Shown here one piece after another: positions 17,143-23,950 of a stretch of 32,000 nt of DNA. Position 1 is the stretch's first letter. Each line of letters starts with the position of its first letter. The notes beneath the pieces are model-generated. The model was not told the DNA's origin and did no database searches. It was given only the letters and a program-made list of their open reading frames with translations. Made by a program: the position numbers and the translations under genes. Source of the DNA: Bacteroidota bacterium (GTDB taxonomy: Bacteria > Bacteroidota > Ignavibacteria > UBA10030 > UBA8401); the NCBI GenBank assembly GCA_035506275.1, contig DATJPT010000011.1, forward strand, positions 25,513 to 57,512, read 5' to 3'.

Positions 17143-18270
17143 ATGCAATCGCGGCGCAATTATCTTCTGGTAGCATTATTGTTCGTCTTTGCAGTCTCCT
17201 TTCTCTCCTACACAAGTAAAGCCCAGCAGCAACCGCCAACTCAAGATTCTCAGTCAGAAACAAAAGGGGTATCGATTGAGAACTCGAAGCTTATCTCTAT
17301 TTTCCCAAAATTTGATATTGCGCTTGATACCGCGCTGTCTTCAATGACACCGGTTCTGAGGGAAGTCAGTCCAAGCATCAGAACGCTGCTCCTTTACAAG
17401 ACAAAAGTCCGGTGGCCGTTCAAGGAAGAATTGTCGTATTCAGAGATCCAGTTTCTCTCGAGCTATTTTGAGGGGAAATTAAAAAATGCTTTGACCAAAG
17501 ACCACCGTTTCGCTACAGTGGGCGCACAGGATTTGAAAACGCTTTCGTTCAAAGCAACCGACAGCACGCTCCAGGTGAAGAACACCTACACCGAGGATGA
17601 AATTCGCACCTATGCGAAAGCCCACAATGTCGACGGTATAGTCTCAACCGACGTGTTGGTTTCATCCAACCAGATCATCATGTTTGTGAATATCAACGAC
17701 CTGAACGGCATCACGGTCTGGAGCAAAGAGTTGAAGGCCGACTATCGTGTGCTCCCTTCGGATGCGGGGGCGGAGCTTGCCGCTGAATATGCGTTGAAGC
17801 GAAAAACGGGGCTTATTGAAAATTACCTCACGTTTGGCTTCAATCTAGGGTCCTCGTATACGCTTGGCGTCAAAGACAGCGGGAACAACGTCGGTTATTA
17901 TTCTGTCGGCTACCGGCTGAACGAGATGGCGACCATTCTGAACTTCCTGAAGTTCTATCTTGACGGCCGTTTAATGGGAACCTCTAAATACGGGTTGATG
18001 GGAATCATCGCTATGCCGGGATTTTCGTTCGAGATCATTGGGAACGATCAAATCGGTCCGGGAATTTTGATGCTCGACGTGGCGGGAGGGTTCAACATTT
18101 CCTTCAAGAACAGCGGCATCGCAGAGTCGTACTACGGAGGACTGTCGCTGCGGCTGAGCCGCAACATCGGCATTACCGGTTTCTACAACATGATCTCCAT
18201 CAACAAGACCTTCGACCATTCGGATGTTGCCGGACCGCTCTACGGTATCCAAGTGAATTTTGTTCTGTGA
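17143..18270 (+). CDS. secreted protein with an LpoB/FlgO-like N-terminal alpha/beta domain and a Gly/aromatic-rich C-terminal region (putative outer-membrane beta-barrel); operon gene 1
   Basis: Signal peptide MQSRRNYLLVALLFVFAVSFLSYTSKAQ. The N-domain ends in ...AKAHNVDGIVSTDVLVSSNQIIMFVNINDLNGITVWSKE, the pattern seen in LpoB/CsgG/FlgO-type periplasmic domains. The last 170 aa or so form alternating hydrophobic strands rich in G/Y/F (YLTFGFNLGSSYTLGV, VGYYSVGYRLN, GFSFEIIGN, GLSLRLSRNIGITGFYNMISI, LYGIQVNFVL). No family was recognised by name. Confidence 0.6.
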   Translation: MQSRRNYLLVALLFVFAVSFLSYTSKAQQQPPTQDSQSETKGVSIENSKLISIFPKFDIALDTALSSMTPVLREVSPSIRTLLLYKTKVRWPFKEELSYSEIQFLSSYFEGKLKNALTKDHRFATVGAQDLKTLSFKATDSTLQVKNTYTEDEIRTYAKAHNVDGIVSTDVLVSSNQIIMFVNINDLNGITVWSKELKADYRVLPSDAGAELAAEYALKRKTGLIENYLTFGFNLGSSYTLGVKDSGNNVGYYSVGYRLNEMATILNFLKFYLDGRLMGTSKYGLMGIIAMPGFSFEIIGNDQIGPGILMLDVAGGFNISFKNSGIAESYYGGLSLRLSRNIGITGFYNMISINKTFDHSDVAGPLYGIQVNFVL

Positions 18271-18295
18271 TGAACATGCTCATCGAGGATAGTTT

Positions 18296-19003
18296 ATGAA
18301 AAGAGTTTTAGGTGTCTCATTAATGGTATGGTCTTTAGCGCTGGGTGCCGCGGCTCAGGAAAATTATAGCGCACCGTCCGATTCGGCATCGAAGAGCGCG
18401 GCGAAAGTTCAGCCGGCCTCTTCCAAGGAGACCGGAACTCCATCCGCTCCCGCTTCGGTCAAACTGAATACACCGACGCTCAACATGGATGTCCTGCTCG
18501 ACCTCTACAATAAGGACATCGACTTCACGATCGATTATTCGGGACAAGGGCTTCGGAAGAACGTCCAAGGAGGAAATGAGGAAGAAGAACAGCCAAAGCA
18601 AACTCCTGCACGAAAGAAGAGCACGAACGGCGCGGCCGATGAATTGCTGAAGCCTCAAAAGGAAGATCTCGCATCGGACATTCAGGACATCGTCGACACC
18701 TCGAACGTCAAAAAGAAACAGCCGCGGCAGGGGACGTACACAAAGGACGATGCCGATTACAACAGGGCGCTCAACAGTCTTCAGGAAGCGCAGACACTTT
18801 TCTCCGAGCGCCGGTATGCACAGGCGCTCGCTGAAATCAATAAATCAGTGGATGCCGCGCCGAACATGGCGCTTGCGTACGCCGTACGCGGATCGATTTA
18901 CTACATGCTTCGGCAGTTCCCCGAGGCGAAGCAGAGTTGGGAAAAAGCTCTCGAGCTCGACCCGTCGATGGACAATGTGCGGGCCATACTTTATCGGATG
19001 TAA
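18296..19003 (+). CDS. secreted TPR-repeat protein with a long low-complexity K/E/Q/S-rich linker; operon gene 2
   Basis: Signal peptide MKRVLGVSLMVWSLALGAAAQ. Disordered-looking region of about 130 aa. C-terminal TPR units (YNRALNSLQEAQTLFSERRYAQALAEINKSVDAAPNMALAYAVRGSIYYMLRQFPEAKQSWEKALELDPSMDNV). Confidence 0.7.
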   Translation: MKRVLGVSLMVWSLALGAAAQENYSAPSDSASKSAAKVQPASSKETGTPSAPASVKLNTPTLNMDVLLDLYNKDIDFTIDYSGQGLRKNVQGGNEEEEQPKQTPARKKSTNGAADELLKPQKEDLASDIQDIVDTSNVKKKQPRQGTYTKDDADYNRALNSLQEAQTLFSERRYAQALAEINKSVDAAPNMALAYAVRGSIYYMLRQFPEAKQSWEKALELDPSMDNVRAILYRM

Positions 19004-19021
19004 TTAACTGAAAGGCCACGT

Positions 19022-19870
19022 ATGAATTCAACTTTTATCGGTTATGTCCTTTTTGCTATTGCTGCGTATGTGCTTTTGATCATCGGCGCAGAGTCGGAGA
19101 CGGTCGATGCTCTGCAGAAGGGATATGTTCCGGAATCGCTCATTCATTATATCCACATCCCCGGCATCATCTTCGTTTTTTTCGGCGTCAGCTCTTCGAT
19201 GATGATCAGCTACAATTTCCGGGAGTTGTTTGGAGCCGCGCGTGCTCTCTATTTTGTGTACATACGAAACAGGATCAATTTCCTGGTCTATCTCGAGACC
19301 ATCAAGGATATTGCCCAATACTCCAACACACACGACATTGAATCCCTCGAGGATTATGCCAATCAGATAAAGTATCCTTTTTTGCGCGACGGCGTTCTTA
19401 TGCTTGTCAACGGCTATAAGAAGGAAGAGATCAAAGAGATCCTCGATGCCAGGATTGATAACGAGGCACAGCGTGAATCGACGGATGTCAACGTCTTCCG
19501 GGCGGCAGCCCGTTATTCCCCGGGCTACGGCATGCTTGGCACGACGGTGGGTCTGATCCAGATGTTCTCGACAAAGATCGATGCTGCAGCGGGCTTCGGC
19601 CCGATTCTGCAGGCATTGGCCGTCGCCTTTACGACGACGCTGTACGGCTTGTTTCTGTCCAACTTTATCTTCGCGCCGTTCGCCGATAAGATCGAGAAAC
19701 GGACCGATGAGGAGGCCCTCCTGAAAAGCATGATCGTTGAAGGCCTTTGTCTGATCAAGGACAAGAGACATCCGGTCTTCATTCAGGACAAGCTTTCGTC
19801 GTATATCCCGCAGAGCCGCGCATTGTCGGTGCCGTCAGTATCGCAGCTTTCACCCGAAGGCGGAGCGTAG
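19022..19870 (+). CDS. motA: MotA/PomA-type stator proton (ion) channel subunit A; operon gene 3
   Basis: Four-TM architecture with a cytoplasmic loop of about 100 aa between TM2 and TM3. This fits flagellar MotA, not the 3-TM ExbB/TolQ. It aligns by eye to MotA: ...ESLEDYANQIKYPFLRDGVLMLVNGYKKEEIKEILD..., TM3 SPGYGMLGTTVGLIQMF and TM4 AFTTTLYGLFLSNFIFAPFADKIEKR. Both MotA-type conserved prolines are present. Confidence 0.85.
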   Translation: MNSTFIGYVLFAIAAYVLLIIGAESETVDALQKGYVPESLIHYIHIPGIIFVFFGVSSSMMISYNFRELFGAARALYFVYIRNRINFLVYLETIKDIAQYSNTHDIESLEDYANQIKYPFLRDGVLMLVNGYKKEEIKEILDARIDNEAQRESTDVNVFRAAARYSPGYGMLGTTVGLIQMFSTKIDAAAGFGPILQALAVAFTTTLYGLFLSNFIFAPFADKIEKRTDEEALLKSMIVEGLCLIKDKRHPVFIQDKLSSYIPQSRALSVPSVSQLSPEGGA

Positions 19871-19874
19871 GCGT

Positions 19875-20543
19875 ATGAGACGACGCGACAGAAAAAAGTC
19901 GGAAGAACAGCACTGGCAAGTCAGCTATATCGACTTGTTGACGGCGATGCTTGCATCGTTTACGCTGCTGTTATCGCTGTCGATTCCCGACCAGTCGAAA
20001 CTCGACAGCCTGGCTTCATCCGTCACCGAAGCCGCGAAACAGCAAGCAAACCTTGGAACGCTGTCGAGAGAGCTGATGACCACGATCGAAAAGAACTCCT
20101 CGTTGAAAGGACAGGTCAACGTCGTGATGACCGACGCCGGCATCGAGCTGAGGTTCGGCAGCAATCTGCTGTTCCCCCCCGGGAAAGCTGCGCTGCGGCC
20201 GGAAGGATACGACGCTATTTTCAGCATCGGAAAGATCCTGGGCTATTTCGTCAAGGCTCGCAACGCATTTATATCGGTGGAAGGGCATACCGACGATACG
20301 CCATTGCGGAGCACCGTGGAATTCCGGTCGAACTGGGAGTTATCGTCTGCCCGAGCAACGGAAGTGGTTCACTACCTCCAGGACACGGTAGCGATCGAAG
20401 GGAAGCGCCTGTCGAGTACCGGCTTTGCCGATGCACGTCCTCAAAACAAAGAAAAAGACCCTGTGACCGGACAGTTTACCGAGAAAGCCCGGAACGACAA
20501 CCGCCGAGTTGTCATTCGGATTTACTACCACAACGACGTTTAA
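19875..20543 (+). CDS. motB: MotB-type stator subunit B with an OmpA-like peptidoglycan-binding domain; operon gene 4
   Basis: N-terminal WQVSYIDLLTAMLASFTLLLSL (the single TM helix preceded by the invariant channel Asp, as in WKIAYADFMTAMMAFF of MotB). C-terminal OmpA-like motifs VEGHTDDTPL, SNWELSSARATEVVHYL, GFADARP and NRRVVIRI. It starts 4 nt after motA. Confidence 0.85.
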   Translation: MRRRDRKKSEEQHWQVSYIDLLTAMLASFTLLLSLSIPDQSKLDSLASSVTEAAKQQANLGTLSRELMTTIEKNSSLKGQVNVVMTDAGIELRFGSNLLFPPGKAALRPEGYDAIFSIGKILGYFVKARNAFISVEGHTDDTPLRSTVEFRSNWELSSARATEVVHYLQDTVAIEGKRLSSTGFADARPQNKEKDPVTGQFTEKARNDNRRVVIRIYYHNDV

Positions 20544-20580
20544 AGACGAAATTGCTATTTCAAAACATCCTGGAACACAT

Positions 20581-22389
20581 ATGAAAACTCGATTGACAAA
20601 GATTATCCTTCTGCTTGCGGTGGTAGCGCAGGCGAAGTTGTTTGCCGTCGACCTTGAGCTTGAGAAGAAAAAAATGGAACGGGATCTGGAGGACCGCATC
20701 TCAATGGAGATCCGCCGGTACTTCTCGGACCTCAATTTTCTCGTGACCGCGGAAGTGACGCTCGTCGATCTTTCGACGCCGGCAAAGTCCAAGGGAGACA
20801 ACAGAGATTTCCTTCTTCCCGGCGTTTCAGGATTCCAGGCGCAGCCGCAGACATCGGACGAAGTTGAAAAGCCGCAGTTCGGCGTCGAGTCGATCGTCGT
20901 TAAGATGCTCATCGATAAGAATCGAACCCCTGAAGAGAAAGACCTGCTGACGAACATCGCGTTCTACACCGGCAAGTTGAACAAGGTCCGGGGCGATCGG
21001 GTCGACCTCCAGGAGATGTCGTTCCCGGCCAGCACATTGCAGATTCAGCGCGAACAGCAGAAGGCCGAACAGGAAAAACAGATACAGCAGCTCGAAAAAG
21101 AAAAGCAGGACGCAGAATTGCGTGCAGGGGAAAAATCCTCGAACGATCTTACGCCGGCAAAGCCGCAGGATTCTTTTTTTAACCCCACAACGCTGCTGTT
21201 GATTGCGCTCGGTGTGCTCCTGCTGATTCTTATCGTTGTCCTTCTTTCACGAGGGAAGAAAGAATCTTCCGCGGAAGCGATGATGCAGCAGTCGCCGCAG
21301 GCCGAGGAGCTTCCCGCCGTCTCTGCTCAACAGGCCATTGCCGATTCGAACGCAGAATACCAGGAAGCCATAGAGGTCGATAAGGTGAAATCGAACCTCA
21401 TCGTCTCATGCGCCGGGGAATCAGATCTGACGTCGCACGTCATCAGGGACATGATCGCGGATGCGAATCAAAAAGAGAGGCTGACCGTCATCATCGGTCA
21501 ACTGGGAAATAACGTCCTGCAGGTGATGCGCGATCATTTTTCCATCGAGGAGATGAAGGCGCTTCAGGCATTGACGCTGGAAAAGCGCGAAAGCACGCCG
21601 GCCGAAGCGCGAGAGGCGCTGACGTTCTTCCAGAATCAGCTCGCCGTGAAAAGATTCTCGGAAGCCGGAAATTCGAAGCAGAACCCGTTTGCGTTTCTCG
21701 AAAAGTTATCCGAGCCTCAACTGTACCTGCTGATGAAGGACGAACCCCCGGGAATAATCGCCATTATCTTGTCTCAGTTGACGACGCCGATCGCAAGCTC
21801 GATGCTGAAGAATTTGCCGTCGATGCAGCAAGGAGAGGTTGCACTGGAGCTTGGAAAACTCCGCCGGCTGACGTCGGACACGTATGTCTCCGTGGCAAAG
21901 CAGCTTGCTGCAAAGGCCGCCACGATCCCGGTGATCAACAACGTCCAGGTTCAGGGAACGGACCTCCTTCTCGACATCTTCGATAATATCGATGAATCGG
22001 CCGAATCCTCGATCATTGAATTCATTAAAGTGGTGAACCTGGACCTCTACCGCGAGATCACGAGCCAGCGCGTTTCCTTCAACGCGATCAATCAGCTGGA
22101 TGAAAGGGTTCTTCGTCAGATCGTCAAGGATATCTCCGGCGACGAGATCGCGATCGCCCTAAAGAATGCTCCTCATGAAATTTCCGAGCGGTTCCTCTCG
22201 GTGCTTCCTTCAAAGTCAAGGATCATTCTCGAGGACCGGCTGAATTCTATGAAAGCGGTCTCGCCGGACGATGAATTGAAGGCGCGCCGGCGAATTACCC
22301 GGATGGTCAGGCAGTATATCAAGGCCGGCGGTGTCCAGGCAGCTTCCCTCGAAACGGGGGAAGAAACCGAAGAAGCACAGGTTCAATGA
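20581..22389 (+). CDS. bitopic membrane protein: N-terminal signal/anchor, FliF/YscJ-like ring-building-motif periplasmic domain, coiled-coil linker, TM helix and cytoplasmic three-domain FliG-like module; operon gene 5
   Basis: Start taken at ATG 20581 (MKTRLTKIILLLAVVAQAKLFA). The periplasmic part has an alpha-beta-beta-alpha-beta pattern (LERDLEDRISMEIRRYFSDLNFLVTAEVTLVDL ... VESIVVKMLIDKNRTPEEKDLLTNIAFYTGKLNKVRGDRVDLQEMSF). A Q/E/K-rich linker follows, then the TM helix TTLLLIALGVLLLILIVVLLS. The cytoplasmic region aligns by eye to FliG. The M domain is LSEPQLYLLMKDEPPGIIAIILSQLTTPIASSMLKNLPSMQQGEVALELGKL (cf. EHPQ-tIALiLs-L-p--Aa-vL--Lp). The C domain is FNAINQLDERVLRQIVKDISGDEIAIALKNAPHEISERFLSVLPSKSRIILEDRLNSMKAVSPDDELKARRRITRMVRQYIKAG (cf. 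FEDI-KLDDRSIQRVLREVD--DLALALKGAS-EL-EKI--NMSKRAA--L-EDLE-MGPVR--DVE-AQQ-I----RRL). Confidence 0.75.
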   Translation: MKTRLTKIILLLAVVAQAKLFAVDLELEKKKMERDLEDRISMEIRRYFSDLNFLVTAEVTLVDLSTPAKSKGDNRDFLLPGVSGFQAQPQTSDEVEKPQFGVESIVVKMLIDKNRTPEEKDLLTNIAFYTGKLNKVRGDRVDLQEMSFPASTLQIQREQQKAEQEKQIQQLEKEKQDAELRAGEKSSNDLTPAKPQDSFFNPTTLLLIALGVLLLILIVVLLSRGKKESSAEAMMQQSPQAEELPAVSAQQAIADSNAEYQEAIEVDKVKSNLIVSCAGESDLTSHVIRDMIADANQKERLTVIIGQLGNNVLQVMRDHFSIEEMKALQALTLEKRESTPAEAREALTFFQNQLAVKRFSEAGNSKQNPFAFLEKLSEPQLYLLMKDEPPGIIAIILSQLTTPIASSMLKNLPSMQQGEVALELGKLRRLTSDTYVSVAKQLAAKAATIPVINNVQVQGTDLLLDIFDNIDESAESSIIEFIKVVNLDLYREITSQRVSFNAINQLDERVLRQIVKDISGDEIAIALKNAPHEISERFLSVLPSKSRIILEDRLNSMKAVSPDDELKARRRITRMVRQYIKAGGVQAASLETGEETEEAQVQ

Positions 22390-22410
22390 TATTGTGCAGG
22401 TTTTGTGCAA

Positions 22411-22445
22411 GGAGGAGCACTTGTTTCAGGTGCTCCTCTTTTTTT
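22411..22445 (+). terminator. Rho-independent terminator closing the stator/rotor operon
   Basis: Perfect 9-bp GC-rich stem GAGGAGCAC / GTGCTCCTC (22412-22420 / 22430-22438) with a 9-nt loop, followed by seven Ts (22439-22445). It lies 22 nt after the stop codon. Confidence 0.8.
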
Positions 22446-22485
22446 GGGGATTTTTTCCTATTTCAGGATTGTTAAAATAGTAGTG

Positions 22486-23472
22486 ATGAACGATCGCACA
22501 GCATATACTCCGCCGGCCCGCTCGCCAGCCTTCAATGAAGAGTTGCTCCTTCTGGAGCAGGGTGATGCGGTCGTCGATTTTTCCGGCCACGGGATTCTTC
22601 GGCTTGAAGGAAAAGATTCGCTCGATTTTCTTCACAGAATCTCTACAAATGATCTGAAGGATCTTCGCCCGGGACAATCAGTACAGACGGTGCTCACGAC
22701 GGAAAAGGGGAGAGTCATCGATTCAATCGTCGTACATCATGCGGGAGACTTTCTCGTGGGGATAACCGGCAGAGGTGCAGGGATGCAGGTCCGGCAATGG
22801 CTCGAGAAGTTCATCATTATGGAAGACGTGAAGATTGTTGACCGCACAGGAGATGGCTTCCTCTTTGCTCAAATGAATTCCCCCAGCGCCGATGAGCATT
22901 CGTTCGATGCAGACCAAAGAAGCTGCTTCCATTCACCGTATTTCGGCGGGAAAGCGATTTTCTATTATTGGGATGAGGCGATTGAGCCGCCGCCTGTAGT
23001 TGATCAATTAGTTGAAAAAAAAGTAAGCCGTGAAGCTTTTGAACTCTATTGTATTGAGCATGGCATCATTCAAAGCGAACCTGAGGTATTGCTTGAATGT
23101 AATCCGCTGGAGCTGAACCTGTGGGACCAGGTGAGCTTCACCAAAGGCTGTTACATCGGCCAAGAGGTTGTTGCGCGGCTTGATACGTATAAAAAAGTCC
23201 AGCGGACGCTTTGCAGAATTCATGTCGAACCGGAATTCTCTGACGCAACAAAGCATCGACTTTTTTCACAGCAAAAGGAAGTAGGAATTCTGTTGAATAA
23301 TGGGGTCTTGACAGGCAACGGGGATCATCGGATTGCGCTCGCTGTTATCAGAAAAGAATATGCACTCCTAGGTGCGCGATACTTGGTTGACAACAGCAAG
23401 ACATCGATCACGATCGGCCGGATATTCGATCACAATGGAAAAATAAATGGAAACAATCACAATAACTGCTGA
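22486..23472 (+). CDS. ygfZ: YgfZ/GcvT-like folate-binding protein (Fe-S cluster repair / tRNA-modification associated)
   Basis: GcvT-type fold signature with the YgfZ motif VSFTKGCYIGQEVVARL. Start taken at ATG 22486 (MNDRTAYTPP...), because the track's upstream 27 codons cover the terminator. Confidence 0.75.
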   Translation: MNDRTAYTPPARSPAFNEELLLLEQGDAVVDFSGHGILRLEGKDSLDFLHRISTNDLKDLRPGQSVQTVLTTEKGRVIDSIVVHHAGDFLVGITGRGAGMQVRQWLEKFIIMEDVKIVDRTGDGFLFAQMNSPSADEHSFDADQRSCFHSPYFGGKAIFYYWDEAIEPPPVVDQLVEKKVSREAFELYCIEHGIIQSEPEVLLECNPLELNLWDQVSFTKGCYIGQEVVARLDTYKKVQRTLCRIHVEPEFSDATKHRLFSQQKEVGILLNNGVLTGNGDHRIALAVIRKEYALLGARYLVDNSKTSITIGRIFDHNGKINGNNHNNC

Positions 23473-23950
23473 CGGGAAAAAGGAAAAATACGCTGAGCTG
23501 TATCCTCAAATTGCGGCGCTCGTCGAAGATGAAAGCGATCTCACGGCAAATATGGCGAACGTCAGCGCGGCTTTGAAATCGACCTTTTCGTCGTATTCAT
23601 GGGTCGGGTTCTACCGCGTTGTCAACGGAGAGTTGGTGCTCGGGCCGTTTCAGGGGAAAGTCGCCTGCGTCCGGATCAAGATTGGAAGCGGCGTGTGCGG
23701 GACGGCGGTCAAAGAAAGGAAAACGATCATCGTTCCCGACGTAGAGAAATTTCCAGGGCATATTGCCTGCGACCCCGAGTCCAAGTCGGAAATTGTTGTT
23801 CCTCTCCTTGCCGGAAGCCGGATTTTTGGCGTCATTGACGTGGACAGCAACCACCTCAATTCGTTCGACGGAACAGATAAAGTCCAGCTCGAAAGAATAG
23901 CGGAGATCATAACCAAGAAATTCGTTCAATCACCCCAAGGCACCAATTGA
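23447..23950 (+). CDS. msrC: GAF-domain protein, free methionine-(R)-sulfoxide reductase (MsrC/YebR) family
   Basis: The single GAF domain of 167 aa has the fRMsr pattern: WVGFYRV...LVLGPFQGKVACVRIKIGSGVCGTAVKERKTIIVPDVEKFPGHIACDPESKSEIVVPL. Confidence 0.8.
   Translation: METITITADGKKEKYAELYPQIAALVEDESDLTANMANVSAALKSTFSSYSWVGFYRVVNGELVLGPFQGKVACVRIKIGSGVCGTAVKERKTIIVPDVEKFPGHIACDPESKSEIVVPLLAGSRIFGVIDVDSNHLNSFDGTDKVQLERIAEIITKKFVQSPQGTN

Noticed and set aside
19028-19771. 247-aa ORF on the minus strand, antisense to motA.
   Set aside because: It lies entirely opposite a gene with strong family motifs. Its translation is Arg/Asp-rich with no recognisable motif, so it is a typical shadow ORF.
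19022-20543. The MotAB pair as a Zorya anti-phage system (ZorAB), ExbBD-TonB, TolQR or GldLM.
   Set aside because: - ZorA carries a long C-terminal tail and is accompanied by ZorC/D or ZorE; neither is present.
- ExbB/TolQ have three TM helices, ExbD/TolR lack an OmpA-like domain, and no TonB/TolA gene is adjacent.
- GldL/GldM have a different architecture.

The 4-TM MotA with a long cytoplasmic loop and the adjacent FliG-like gene fit the flagellar-type class instead.
20340-20957. 205-aa minus-strand ORF spanning the motB end and the start of the FliG-like gene.
   Set aside because: It is antisense to two well-supported genes and crosses their intergenic gap. Its composition is low-complexity (S/R-rich). 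Shadow ORF.
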